IMG/VR virus record: IMGVR_UViG_3300014204_000146 | Coordinates: 26,592 to 90,591 of that record | DNA: 64,000 nt | Strand: one strand, 5' to 3' | Source: a virus | Taxonomy: Duplodnaviria > Caudoviricetes | Shown here: piece by piece, positions 9,467 to 19,727 of the stretch | Layout: the number at the start of each line of letters is the position of its first letter | Numbering within the stretch: the first letter of the stretch is position 1 | Notes under the pieces: generated by a model | The model's database searches: none | What the model was told of the DNA's origin: nothing | The model's input: only the letters and a program-made list of their open reading frames with translations | Program-made: the position numbers and the translations under genes

Positions 9467-9754
9467 GTGAGAGTTGTTTACTGCGACCTTTGTGGTACGC
9501 CTATTCGTGGAAAAAAATACGTCCAGATTCTTTGTGAGTGTAACGAGAATCCACAAGATTCTGAAGTAAAGAACAGTCTTGTACAGAACAGTGAAGCAAA
9601 AGAAATCTGTGAAAAATGCAGAGAAATTCTTTTGAAGATATTTGAGCTGCGGTTTGTAGATGGTTGTAAATTGACAGAAGAATTACAAAGACTTTATAAT
9701 TTACCAGCTAAAAGAGAAGAACACAAAGCACATACAAAAGGAAAGAAAAAATGA
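9467..9754 (+). CDS. zinc-ribbon protein
   Basis: CDLC...CEKC; AGGAG RBS before GTG start. Confidence 0.65.
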   Translation: MRVVYCDLCGTPIRGKKYVQILCECNENPQDSEVKNSLVQNSEAKEICEKCREILLKIFELRFVDGCKLTEELQRLYNLPAKREEHKAHTKGKKK

Positions 9755-10734
9755 AAATAATGATAGCCTCAGATTTCCATATAGAAGAAAGTTCCTTCGG
9801 AGAAATAGATTTTATTTTTGAAGAACTTATTGCGTTAAAAGAAAAAGAGAATATTGATGAACTTTATTTACTGGGAGATATATTCGATAAAATTTATCCG
9901 AGCCCTTTGGAAATGGATTGTTTTGCTTCTTTCATCAAAAAAATAGATTTACCTACAACCATTGTCATTGCTAAAAGTCATGAATCAGAATCTGCGGTCA
10001 GTTCTGTATTAAACCATTTTGGTATTTTAAAAGACAATATAAAAACATATTTCGAATGGATAGAAGTAGAGCCACAGACAAATTATAAAATGGGATTGGG
10101 ACATTTTTGTATTAAAGAATCCTTATGCGGATTTAATGAAACGCGCAGCATTAAAGATTTTGTTGGATTGCGTTTGGTGGTTGCCGGACATCAACATGTT
10201 ATGCAGGTGGTTGGAGATTTCTTTTATCATATAGGGTCGGTAAGATATGTTAACTTTGATGAGGTAAGAGACAAATGTAAGTATGTGGGAATACTGACTT
10301 TAAGTAGTAGTATACGTGATTTCTCGTTAAAACCCCTAAAAACACCCTTTCCGATGGTGGACATATACTTTACTGTTTCCACTGAGAAGATGCAACAGTG
10401 GGTCTCCAGCAAAGAATTAGAAGGCAAAAACAAGGATAATGCCGAGTCTTTAGCTGTTTTGACCAAGAAGCTTGATAGAATACCACCTAACTCTAAGGTA
10501 CGTATAGTGTTAGGAGATTTTGAAGCCTATAAACAATGGCTCACAGTAACCGAGCATTACCGCGAACGATTCTTTAAGATGAAAGAATTGAAAAAATTCG
10601 AAATAAAACTTCAGAACATTCAGCCGGAAAAAAAGACTGCGATTCATCTGGAAAAAGACCTTGAGATATTTTTACAGAATCATCCAGCTCAAGAATCGAT
10701 TAAATCTATTTTGAGAGGAGTGGTAAAGAAATGA
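9751..10734 (+). CDS. SbcD/Mre11-like metallophosphoesterase nuclease
   Basis: SDFH, LLGDIFD, SHE, GHF, AGHQH, GS; adjacent to an SMC-like ATPase. Confidence 0.85.
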   Translation: MKIMIASDFHIEESSFGEIDFIFEELIALKEKENIDELYLLGDIFDKIYPSPLEMDCFASFIKKIDLPTTIVIAKSHESESAVSSVLNHFGILKDNIKTYFEWIEVEPQTNYKMGLGHFCIKESLCGFNETRSIKDFVGLRLVVAGHQHVMQVVGDFFYHIGSVRYVNFDEVRDKCKYVGILTLSSSIRDFSLKPLKTPFPMVDIYFTVSTEKMQQWVSSKELEGKNKDNAESLAVLTKKLDRIPPNSKVRIVLGDFEAYKQWLTVTEHYRERFFKMKELKKFEIKLQNIQPEKKTAIHLEKDLEIFLQNHPAQESIKSILRGVVKK

Positions 10735-10970
10735 AATGTAAAAATTGTAAATCAATGTGGAAAATAGAAACTGCTGGAGATGGATTTATTTGCGCTGGAA
10801 TCAATAAAAAACCATCGGTTCATCCTTTAGATAAAATAAGACTTTGTATCAAAGCAGAAAAATGCTACAGAGAGATGGAACTCACACAAAGAGAGGCTGG
10901 TTATATTTGTTCAGCACTTTCAATGTGTTCGGCTATGTTATCCAAACCAATATTAACGAGGATAAAATGA
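10731..10970 (+). CDS. Cys-rich hypothetical protein
   Basis: CKNC; overlaps both neighbours by 4 nt. Confidence 0.55.
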   Translation: MKCKNCKSMWKIETAGDGFICAGINKKPSVHPLDKIRLCIKAEKCYREMELTQREAGYICSALSMCSAMLSKPILTRIK

Positions 10971-12430
10971 GACTAATAAAATTAAAGTTGACCAATTATC
11001 AACTATTCGAAAACTTAGAACTGACGTTTGATAAGATAAATTTTCTTATTGGAAAAAATTTCGATGTAGAAGACCAGAAAAACATTGGTTCCAATGGGTC
11101 TGGTAAGACTTCAATCATTAATGCTATTCTTTTTGTATTGGGAATAGAAACAGGTATCAATCAGGCAGACCTTATTCATTTAGGTAAGAAAAATGCCGAA
11201 GTAGAACTCGAATTGGAGAAGGATGGAAAATCTTATCTCATTCGCCGTTCTATTCCTTCTTCTTTGTATCTTGCAGTAGATGGACAAGAAATAGAACTTA
11301 ACACCGCCACTCTCAAAGAAAAATATATCTTTGACCATATTTGTACCAAAGAATTATTTAAAGAGTTTCGTATGGTAGACACTAAGAAAGGTACGAATGT
11401 TCTTGATTGTGGAAGTGTGTCTTTAAGAAAAATGCTCATGAGCTGCTTGGAAGGGGAATTCAATACAATCAGAGCAAATCTTCAAGCAACTAAATTAGAC
11501 CGCGAGCGTTTTAATGTCAATAAGAAACTTTATACCTTTACTCTTTCTGAGAGACGGTTAGATTATTTGACTGGAGAAGAAAAGAAATTATTAGGCATAT
11601 TACCTCAAACAGAAAATATCTGTCAAGACCAAGCAAAGATTATCAATAATTTATCTGGTCAGATTTCTGCCAGAGAACAGATGATATATAATAAAAAGAA
11701 AGAACTTGTTGATTCGCTCAATGGCGGAATTTGCCCCGTTTTAAAGAAGTCCTGTGCTGAACTAAAAAAACCAATTAGCGAAGAAACAAAAAAACTTGTT
11801 GACCAAGATATTAATAAATGGACAAAAGAAATAGAAGAATTAAAAGAACAGAAACAAGTCGAAGAAGAACTTCAACAGCGCTATTCTGAGGATAAAGAAA
11901 TTATTCGTAAGAAAGGGAAGAAGTTAGAGACCTATATTATAAAACTGACTCAGGCATTTAAATTTGCTGAGTATAAATATACAGCTGCGGATGTCATGGA
12001 ATATTCAGAGGCAATTAAGCTATTCGATGAGTTTGCTGCTTATGAAATAAACAATTGGCTTCAATCATTGGAAGAAGTTATCAATACTCTCCTTCTCAAA
12101 GTGAATATCTCGGTGAAGTTTAGTCCTGACAAGCAATTTTTAAAAGTAACAAATAACGGACAAGAATTAAAATGGGAACTTTTATCAGGTGGACAGCAGA
12201 CCTTTCTCTCCATTGTCTTTAAGATGGCTATCATGCTTCAAAAAGAAATGTCTGGTATCATTCTTGCAGATGAAGGATATGGTAATTTAGATTTGGTTAA
12301 TTTAAAAAATCTTTTGGAAGTTATGAAAACCATACCTTTTCAGTTGATAGGCGTGTATCATAATATAGAAACAAATTTACCGGACGTAAAATTTATCACA
12401 GTAACCCGAAGAAATAATATTAGCCAATAA
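10967..12430 (+). CDS. SbcC/Rad50-like ABC ATPase
   Basis: GSNGSGKTS, coiled coil with central CPVLKKSC, LSGGQ signature, LADE; start moved to MRLIKLKL. Confidence 0.88.
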   Translation: MRLIKLKLTNYQLFENLELTFDKINFLIGKNFDVEDQKNIGSNGSGKTSIINAILFVLGIETGINQADLIHLGKKNAEVELELEKDGKSYLIRRSIPSSLYLAVDGQEIELNTATLKEKYIFDHICTKELFKEFRMVDTKKGTNVLDCGSVSLRKMLMSCLEGEFNTIRANLQATKLDRERFNVNKKLYTFTLSERRLDYLTGEEKKLLGILPQTENICQDQAKIINNLSGQISAREQMIYNKKKELVDSLNGGICPVLKKSCAELKKPISEETKKLVDQDINKWTKEIEELKEQKQVEEELQQRYSEDKEIIRKKGKKLETYIIKLTQAFKFAEYKYTAADVMEYSEAIKLFDEFAAYEINNWLQSLEEVINTLLLKVNISVKFSPDKQFLKVTNNGQELKWELLSGGQQTFLSIVFKMAIMLQKEMSGIILADEGYGNLDLVNLKNLLEVMKTIPFQLIGVYHNIETNLPDVKFITVTRRNNISQ

Positions 12431-12439
12431 GGAGGGCAA

Positions 12440-12631
12440 ATGTATATTCATCACTTAATTGATATACAATATAAAAATATAAAATTTTGTTTAGATTTTG
12501 ATAGTTTTTGGTTCTACGGAAAGTGGTTTAAACAACATATTATTCGCCGAGCTAATAAATCTTGGTATATTTGTGGAAATTTATTTAATCTAATGTGGTA
12601 TTTTACACCTGAATATTTACCAAAGGAGTAA
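12440..12631 (+). CDS. hypothetical protein
   Basis: AGGAGG RBS; operon-packed. Confidence 0.55.
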   Translation: MYIHHLIDIQYKNIKFCLDFDSFWFYGKWFKQHIIRRANKSWYICGNLFNLMWYFTPEYLPKE

Positions 12632-12633
12632 AC

Positions 12634-12807
12634 ATGGGAAAAATAAAGATATTCAAAACAATACTCAAAGACGAGTGTTGGGTATGTGGAGGAAAGAAAT
12701 GTCCAGCGTGTCATAATACTGGATATTGGGAAACGAGTATTTTCTATCATGTTTTTAAAGGCAAAGATGGAAAAGAATATTGTATTGATGGAGATTCAAT
12801 TAAATAA
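12634..12807 (+). CDS. small zinc-finger protein
   Basis: Manual translation contains CWVCGGKKCPACHNTG; AGGAG RBS. Confidence 0.6.
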   Translation: MGKIKIFKTILKDECWVCGGKKCPACHNTGYWETSIFYHVFKGKDGKEYCIDGDSIK

Positions 12808-12816
12808 GGAGGAATC

Positions 12817-13170
12817 ATGCAGTATAATCAGGTTATGGTCAGTGCTCGCGTAACAAAGGATATTGAAGTTAAGGATGTAGGACAAACACAGGTTGTTAAT
12901 TTATCGGTAGCAATAAATCGTAGCTACAAAGTCAAAGGCAAGAATGAACTTCAACAGGAAACTGTTTTTATTGAAATAGTAGCTTGGGGAAAACTTGCTC
13001 AAGACTGTGGTCATTTACTTGCGAAGGGTTCTGAAATTTTTGTTATTGGAAAACTCAAACAACAATCCTGGGAAGATAAGAATACTCATGAAAAAAAATC
13101 TAAGATTGTTATCGAAGCCAGCAAAATTATTCCTTTAGATGGTTCTGATACATCTACTGAAGAAGCATAA
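12817..13170 (+). CDS. ssb: single-stranded DNA-binding protein
   Basis: NQVMVSARVTKD, SVAINR, TVFIEIVAWGKLA, GKLKQQSWED. Confidence 0.92.
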   Translation: MQYNQVMVSARVTKDIEVKDVGQTQVVNLSVAINRSYKVKGKNELQQETVFIEIVAWGKLAQDCGHLLAKGSEIFVIGKLKQQSWEDKNTHEKKSKIVIEASKIIPLDGSDTSTEEA

Positions 13171-13230
13171 CAATGAGACAACAAAAAATGCCAAGGCGAT
13201 ATGAAAGACCTACTAAATATGGAGGAACAT

Positions 13231-13698
13231 ATGGCAATTAAAAATATAGTTACTAATATCAAAGAACTTCGCAAACCCTGCGCTCTTGTTGAAAAAGGAG
13301 AAGATATTAAATCCATCATCAAAGACCTCGAAGATACCTTAGAGAAGCATGGTGGATTTGGATTGGCTGCTAATCAAATTGGCATAAGCAAACAAATAGC
13401 CATTGTTCGTATTAAAGACCCAAAAACAGGACAGCTTCGTGCCAAAGAAGATTTGATTAATCCTAAAATAATAGAAAAAGGACAAAGAATAAAAGTATCT
13501 GAAGAATGTTTAAGTTTTCCTCATTTACCTCCTATTGAAGTAGATAGGCATGTTTTTATTCAAGTTGAAGATATGAGTAATAAACCTGTTATATTTGTGG
13601 GTATTGATTCTTGCGTTGTTGAACACGAAATACATCATCTTTGGGGTATTACTCTTTTGGATGATAAACATAAAGATGTTAATCGGAGGAAAAGATGA
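13231..13698 (+). CDS. def: peptide deformylase
   Basis: GFGLAANQIG, EECLS, HEIHH; GGAGG RBS before 13231. Confidence 0.9.
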   Translation: MAIKNIVTNIKELRKPCALVEKGEDIKSIIKDLEDTLEKHGGFGLAANQIGISKQIAIVRIKDPKTGQLRAKEDLINPKIIEKGQRIKVSEECLSFPHLPPIEVDRHVFIQVEDMSNKPVIFVGIDSCVVEHEIHHLWGITLLDDKHKDVNRRKR

Positions 13699-13889
13699 TA
13701 GGAATCTGGAAACAGAACCTAATCGGTAAAAAAATAAAACAAGGCAATCGTCTTCTAACTATAATCTCTTTAGATATGCGCCTGACAGGAAAGATAGATA
13801 TTGAATTAGAAGACGAAAATCATTTACGTTTTGTTTCTGTTGTTACGGCAGAGCAATTAACAATAATTACAAAGAAGGCAATAGAATGA
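13695..13889 (+). CDS. hypothetical protein
   Basis: Overlaps neighbours. Confidence 0.5.
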   Translation: MIGIWKQNLIGKKIKQGNRLLTIISLDMRLTGKIDIELEDENHLRFVSVVTAEQLTIITKKAIE

Positions 13890-14473
13890 ATACTTGGTAT
13901 ACTTCCGACCTCCACCTGGGACATGGCAATCTGATAAAATATTGCAAGCGTCCAGTATTACAGCCTATGGATTTATCGTTAAACGGAGATTGGATAAGTC
14001 CAGAACTTATTCGTGAGCGTACTGCTGAGATGGATAAAATAATTATTGATAGGTGGAATAGTAGGGTCAAAACCGGAGACCTTGTTATTCATGCCGGAGA
14101 TTTCTGTTTTAAAAATAGCACTGAGGCGATTGGTAGCCGTGGATTTGATTTTTATCGTTCTCAATTGAACGGAGATATTGTTTTTATTGAAGGTAATCAT
14201 GACGGGAAGAGAAATGATGTAAGAACTGTTATTCAAAACATGGTTATTAAAGCAGGTGGGGAATTCATCTATATAACTCATAATCCAAAATTTGTTCCTA
14301 TGAACAAATGGAAGATTAACCTCATAGGACATGTTCATAATGCTTGGAAATATCAGAAACGGTCAGATGGTTCGATTTTAATCAATGTTGGAGTGGATGT
14401 TAATAATTTCATGCCAAAATCTATAAATGAAATATTGAACGAGCTTGCTACGTGGAGAAAATACGGAAAATGA
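13886..14473 (+). CDS. calcineurin-like phosphoesterase
   Basis: SDLHLGH, HAGDF, GNHD, THNP, GHVH, NVGVD. Confidence 0.88.
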   Translation: MNTWYTSDLHLGHGNLIKYCKRPVLQPMDLSLNGDWISPELIRERTAEMDKIIIDRWNSRVKTGDLVIHAGDFCFKNSTEAIGSRGFDFYRSQLNGDIVFIEGNHDGKRNDVRTVIQNMVIKAGGEFIYITHNPKFVPMNKWKINLIGHVHNAWKYQKRSDGSILINVGVDVNNFMPKSINEILNELATWRKYGK

Positions 14474-14652
14474 CCTGGATTAAATTAATTATTTTATTCT
14501 TATTTTTATATTTTGTGGGAGTTCCTATATTTCTCACTATCGTGTTTTGTGGTACTGTTTATTGGAAAGACTTAAAGAAAATTTATAGTTTAATGTTTGG
14601 AGGAAACAATGAAAAGCGCTTTAATTCTGGGAGGCACGAAGGGAATCGGTAG
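14470..14652 (+). CDS. small membrane protein
   Basis: Hydrophobic N-terminal stretch. Confidence 0.45.
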   Translation: MTWIKLIILFLFLYFVGVPIFLTIVFCGTVYWKDLKKIYSLMFGGNNEKRFNSGRHEGNR

Positions 14653-15316
14653 GGCTATTTCTTTAGCATTAATAGAAAAAGATTATGATGTAACGGTCAT
14701 TTATGGACATGACCATAACGCTGCGAGAGAGTTATTTCTTAATACAATAAAAAAAGGAAATTTAAGAGCTGTTCAAGCAGACCTATCTACTGCCAACGGA
14801 TATAATAAATTTATCCTCGACCAAACTCAACGATGGGATTGTGTTGTTTTTAATGTTGGAATAACCGATAGCACTCCTTTTGGAGAAATATCCTACGATT
14901 TTATACATAAGGTTATGGATACTAATGTTATCCTTCCTTTCTTAGCATTACAACAAATTAGTAATCAAATCAATGACAATGGGAGAATTATTTTTATCAG
15001 TTCTATCCTGGGAATATATCCCCATGCCCGGTCTATTTTTTATGGAGTTTCGAAGGCTGCGATTAATGCTCTGGTTAAGAATATGGTTAAATATCTTTCG
15101 CGAGGAATAACTATCAATGCAATTGCTCCTGGATTCTGTGATACTGATTGGCATAATTCAAAATCTCCTGAAAGAATAGAATTTATTAAAAATAAAATAG
15201 CATTACATAGATTTGCCACTCCAGAAGAAGTCGCCAGTCTTTGTATGGAGGTAATAAACAATCAATATCTCAATGGACAGATATTAGAGATAAGTGGAGG
15301 ATATTCATATGAATAG
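14609..15316 (+). CDS. short-chain dehydrogenase/reductase (SDR)
   Basis: GGTKGIG, FISS, YGVSK, NAIAPG; GGAGG RBS. Confidence 0.92.
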   Translation: MKSALILGGTKGIGRAISLALIEKDYDVTVIYGHDHNAARELFLNTIKKGNLRAVQADLSTANGYNKFILDQTQRWDCVVFNVGITDSTPFGEISYDFIHKVMDTNVILPFLALQQISNQINDNGRIIFISSILGIYPHARSIFYGVSKAAINALVKNMVKYLSRGITINAIAPGFCDTDWHNSKSPERIEFIKNKIALHRFATPEEVASLCMEVINNQYLNGQILEISGGYSYE

Positions 15317-15827
15317 AAGTTGGATTGTAAACTTTGACCCAAAAACTCTTTTATTTTCGACTAAAGTAAAAGAAGCATGTAAATCGTGCAAGCGATATGG
15401 AAAGAAACCCAATTGTCCTCCCTATACTGAATCTATAGAATATTATCATAGATTGCTCTCTAAATATAAAAGAGCATTTTTAATAGTGCATCAAGAATCA
15501 ATCGAAGATAAAAACGATTGGGAAACTTTAGGCAGAGAATCTTCAAAGAGAATGGCAGAACACTTATCTGAATTAAGACAGCAATTAATTGATAAGGGAC
15601 ATTACTTTATTGTTTGTTTTGGTGCTGGAAGCTGTAAGAACTGCAAAAACTGTACAATTCCTTGTACACATCCAGACAAAGCATTTATGCCTGTAGAAGC
15701 GACCGGAGTCGATGTAGTAAAATTTTGTCAGGTTCTTTCTATAACATTAAAAGAGGAAGAGAAGATAAATATTACTTTTCCAGTCAAAGATACATTCTAT
15801 CGCATTGGGATGGTGATTTATGATTAA
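15309..15827 (+). CDS. DUF2284-like metal-binding protein
   Basis: CKSCKRYG..PNCPP, GAGSCKNCKNC..C.HP, PVEATGVDV. Confidence 0.8.
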   Translation: MNRSWIVNFDPKTLLFSTKVKEACKSCKRYGKKPNCPPYTESIEYYHRLLSKYKRAFLIVHQESIEDKNDWETLGRESSKRMAEHLSELRQQLIDKGHYFIVCFGAGSCKNCKNCTIPCTHPDKAFMPVEATGVDVVKFCQVLSITLKEEEKINITFPVKDTFYRIGMVIYD

Positions 15828-16293
15828 ATCTAAGAAATTCAATATTTTATTTACCAGTGGAGGATTTGATATACTTCATGCCGGGCATATTGCCAATCTC
15901 GAAGAAATAAAATCAAGGTGCAGCAAATTAATTGTAGGTGTATCTTCAGATGAGCTTTTGAAATCTTACAAATATACTCCTCCAATCGTCCCTTTAAAAC
16001 AGCGCATGAGAATGATTGCTGCTTTGAGATGCGTCGATACAGTAATGATACAAAAAGAATTTATGGATATTCAGATGTTTATTGAATCAAAGGCAGATAA
16101 ATTCGCGCTGTGGACTGGATGGAAAGACAATCCTAAAATACCAGAGTGGTATATAAAGAACGATAAAATGTTATGGATTCCTTACAATTATGGACTATCT
16201 TCTACTAAAATAAAAGAGCGCATCATTAAACAATCCTATAAAATAATCCGTTCGCAGTTACAGCGAGAACTTAAACAGGAGAACCAAAAATGA
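15820..16293 (+). CDS. TagD-like (glycerol-3-phosphate-type) cytidylyltransferase
   Basis: GGFDILHAGH, VGVSSDE, R...ALRCVD, GLSSTKIKERI. Confidence 0.85.
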   Translation: MIKSKKFNILFTSGGFDILHAGHIANLEEIKSRCSKLIVGVSSDELLKSYKYTPPIVPLKQRMRMIAALRCVDTVMIQKEFMDIQMFIESKADKFALWTGWKDNPKIPEWYIKNDKMLWIPYNYGLSSTKIKERIIKQSYKIIRSQLQRELKQENQK

Positions 16294-19200
16294 CGATAGT
16301 AGAGAAATTTAATTTTATTCAATCTATTTTACGAGAAGCTGGAGTAACATATTGGTTATTCTGTGGTGGATTATTGTTAGCTTATAGAGACCATCGGTTG
16401 CCAGAAGACGACATTGATTTTGGGTTGTTGATGACAGACTATGAAGCCACCAAAGCCATACTTTTAAAATATAAAGATAGATGGACTTTGTTTAATAGGC
16501 GCTCAAGAGAACTTACTATAAAATTAGAAGGAACTAAATTTGATTTTGTATTTCATGAAATCAATCAAGCAAAAAATCTAATTTATATGTATAGCTATAA
16601 ACAAAATCCATTTTGTAACATGAAATGGAATTATGAATGGAGAGCTATATTTCCTATTGATATATTTCTTCCCGTCAAAACAATGACATTCAATATATTT
16701 AATTCTACAGGACAAAATACAATATCTACTCCGGTGTTAGCGAAACCAGAAGAATACTTCGCTACAAATTATGAATGGAATTGGTATGTTCCTAAAGATG
16801 TAGGAAGTGCTTGTTGGACATATGACCTTAATCCGGCGAAAGATAAAAACTACAATCCTATAGCCGTTATCATGACTACTATAGCCAGGGATGAAATATT
16901 GTTAAAGGTACTTCCTTCTTATCTCCAGTATCCGGTTAAATTATATTTACTTGACCAAGGAACTCCAACCAAAGAAAAAGATAAATATTATACCGAACTT
17001 AGGAGCAAGGGGCATTTTATAGAATATGCCAACGATATAGGACTTTCGGCTGCAAGAAATTATCTCTTAGACCAAGTGGAAGAAGAATTTATTTTTATGA
17101 CTGAGGACGATATAGAACTAACCACCAATCCTTATAGTTTATTTCAAAAATTTTGGAATAATAATTTAGGAATTCTTGGTGGTTTATTAATTCGTAATGG
17201 GAAAGAGCAGCATTACGAATATGCGCTTGAATTAAAAGATAACATTCTTAATTATGTTATCTCAGACAAAATCGACCTTTGTTTAAATTTCTTCTTAGCA
17301 AAAAAGAAAGTATTCGATGATATTCGATATGACGAAAATTTGAAACTCTGCGAACACACAGACTGGTTCCTTCGTTTAAAAGAACTTAATAAATGGAAGG
17401 TTGATTATACCAGGAATCTTCAAGGAATTCATCATACTTTCAAACCACAAAACTATATGAACTATCGTGGAAGGGCAGAAGGTTTTGTTGAAGAATTCAA
17501 AAAGAAATGGGGAATTGTCGAAATAAACAAAAATAACGAACTCACCAAACAACAAAACAATTTAACCGTGTTCGTTCTGACTCACGACAACGAACCAAAC
17601 TACGAACTCTGTATGGAAGCTTTAAAAAATCAAGGTATAGAATTCAAACTGGATGTTATTAAGAATTTTCATCCAATGAGCGCTGCCTTTCAAGAAATGT
17701 TGAATCGCTGTTCTACTCCTTATTATGTCGAGGTAGACAGTGATATGATTTTGGAACCGGACGCTATAGAAAGATTATACAATGAAATTATCACTTCTGA
17801 CGAAAGAACAGCCATGATTTGTCATAAACTTCACGACGTTCATCTGGATAAATCTATCGATGGAATAAAAATATATAAATACGACATATTCAAAAATTAT
17901 CCCTATGAGAATGTCATGAGCTGTGAAATGGCTCAACTTGAAAAACTGGAAAAAGATGGATATAATTATATTAGGAATCCAGAAGTGATAGGAACTCATT
18001 GTCCTATTTGGACAAAAGGAACCATATTCGAGCGATACTTTAATTATATGGAAAAATTGAAAAAATTCAAATCTGATAAATATTCTTTTTTACTTAAAAA
18101 ATTGTTATCAACTTTTCTGAACGACCAAACAAAAAATAATCTATATGCGTTCTTAGGAGCTGTTAGTAGTTCCATCATACCAGAACTTAAAAACGAAGAA
18201 AAAGATTATACCATTCCTATATTAACCAAGTTCGAATTATTAGATAAAACATTTGATGATTTTGTTTTTGATTCTAAACAAATAAAACCCATTCTTCAAG
18301 TAGAACCAATACCAACTCCAATAGATAATCGTATCTTAGTTTTACAAATTGCCGGGATTCCATGTGCAAACAGACCTTACGACATTAACCGTTTGATAAA
18401 TGCTCATTCAACAAAATATAGGTCTCGACATATATTAGGAGGACAATATTCTAAAAAACATGCAGATATTCCTTATAGAGAATTTCCATTTGATTTATTG
18501 TTAACAGATGATAAAAAAGAAATTCTAAAACTTATTCAAGAAGCTAAAATCATTCATATTCATCATCGTATTGACAATTCTTTATTGCGAGAGATTCCCA
18601 AAAACAAAAAAATCATTTTTACGGTGTCTAATTTAGGTTCTTCTATTAAATTATATGACACACCAGAAAATGCAAACTATAACGAACATATTAAATCAAT
18701 CACTAACATTTTAACAGTAACTGACCAGCCCATGCAAAAATTAGCATATAACTATCTCACCACAAAAACACTACCTTTGGTCAAATTCCTTTTTGGTCAA
18801 GCATCAATGAAGAACAATCCCGAACCTATAATCGTTTTTGCTCCGACCAATAGACGTTTAGATGAAGCTACATCTAAAGGATATTATCGTGTATTGGGCG
18901 TTATTTATAAATTACAATTAGAAGGACTGAAATTCAAATTTGATTTGATTGAGGGAGTCCCTTATGAAGAAAATCTAAAAAGAAAACAAGTTGCTGATAT
19001 TATTATTGATGATGTTATCAATGAGAATTTTCACAATACGTCGATTGAAGGCGCTTGCTTTGGAGCTGCTGTTGTTACCAATTATCATGACGACAAATAT
19101 CCATTCATAAAAACTACCTTAAATCAATTAGAAGACACGCTTCATAAACTATTGACCAATCCAGAAGCACTGAAATCCGCCCAACAAGAAATGATTAACT

Positions 19201-19670
19201 GGTCGAACAATGTCTACACTCCAGAAAATATTCTTGCTCCATTTGAACATATTTATGATGAAGTTTTAAAAGAAACTCATCCAACTATAGAATCAAACAT
19301 GTCTACAAATTTAGTTCTACCTAAACAAGAAACCATTGTCGAACAAACGCATATCATGGAAGAATTGATTCAAACTCTTTCAGATATGAAAATATCTTAT
19401 TGGGTGCTAAACGAAACATGCTTAGAAATAGTAAAGACCGGAGCCTTGTCAGAAGGAACAGACCTTCACTTCGGAGTAAGAACGATGGAAGAAAAGAATA
19501 AACTGCTCGCCATTACAGATGCGAAAAACATAAAAACTTCCATTTCAATAGAACCAACACGAAAAACAAAATCATACGGGCTTTATGGAACAACGATTCA
19601 AGTACCTGTTCCTTTAGTGCGATATTTAGAAAATCTATATCTCAAACCATTCAACGAAATAATAAAATGA
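16290..19670 (+). CDS. multidomain LicD-like phosphotransferase / glycosyltransferase (GT-A, GT-A, GT-B) protein
   Basis: N-terminal WLFCGGLL..YRD...DDIDFG; GT2 with EDDI and KLCEH; second GT-A with VDSD; GT-B with FAPT...KQVADIIID...EGACFG; degenerate LicD-like C-terminus. Confidence 0.8.
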   Translation: MTIVEKFNFIQSILREAGVTYWLFCGGLLLAYRDHRLPEDDIDFGLLMTDYEATKAILLKYKDRWTLFNRRSRELTIKLEGTKFDFVFHEINQAKNLIYMYSYKQNPFCNMKWNYEWRAIFPIDIFLPVKTMTFNIFNSTGQNTISTPVLAKPEEYFATNYEWNWYVPKDVGSACWTYDLNPAKDKNYNPIAVIMTTIARDEILLKVLPSYLQYPVKLYLLDQGTPTKEKDKYYTELRSKGHFIEYANDIGLSAARNYLLDQVEEEFIFMTEDDIELTTNPYSLFQKFWNNNLGILGGLLIRNGKEQHYEYALELKDNILNYVISDKIDLCLNFFLAKKKVFDDIRYDENLKLCEHTDWFLRLKELNKWKVDYTRNLQGIHHTFKPQNYMNYRGRAEGFVEEFKKKWGIVEINKNNELTKQQNNLTVFVLTHDNEPNYELCMEALKNQGIEFKLDVIKNFHPMSAAFQEMLNRCSTPYYVEVDSDMILEPDAIERLYNEIITSDERTAMICHKLHDVHLDKSIDGIKIYKYDIFKNYPYENVMSCEMAQLEKLEKDGYNYIRNPEVIGTHCPIWTKGTIFERYFNYMEKLKKFKSDKYSFLLKKLLSTFLNDQTKNNLYAFLGAVSSSIIPELKNEEKDYTIPILTKFELLDKTFDDFVFDSKQIKPILQVEPIPTPIDNRILVLQIAGIPCANRPYDINRLINAHSTKYRSRHILGGQYSKKHADIPYREFPFDLLLTDDKKEILKLIQEAKIIHIHHRIDNSLLREIPKNKKIIFTVSNLGSSIKLYDTPENANYNEHIKSITNILTVTDQPMQKLAYNYLTTKTLPLVKFLFGQASMKNNPEPIIVFAPTNRRLDEATSKGYYRVLGVIYKLQLEGLKFKFDLIEGVPYEENLKRKQVADIIIDDVINENFHNTSIEGACFGAAVVTNYHDDKYPFIKTTLNQLEDTLHKLLTNPEALKSAQQEMINWSNNVYTPENILAPFEHIYDEVLKETHPTIESNMSTNLVLPKQETIVEQTHIMEELIQTLSDMKISYWVLNETCLEIVKTGALSEGTDLHFGVRTMEEKNKLLAITDAKNIKTSISIEPTRKTKSYGLYGTTIQVPVPLVRYLENLYLKPFNEIIK

Positions 19671-19727
19671 CTACCATAAAAGGCAATATTTAGGATTGTT
19701 GTAGACAACGAACAGAGGAGCAAAACA

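Noticed and set aside
10844-10966. N-terminal extension of the Rad50-like ORF
   Set aside because: It overlaps 10731-10970; the start at 10967 (MRLIKLKL, GAGG RBS) matches the family N-terminus.
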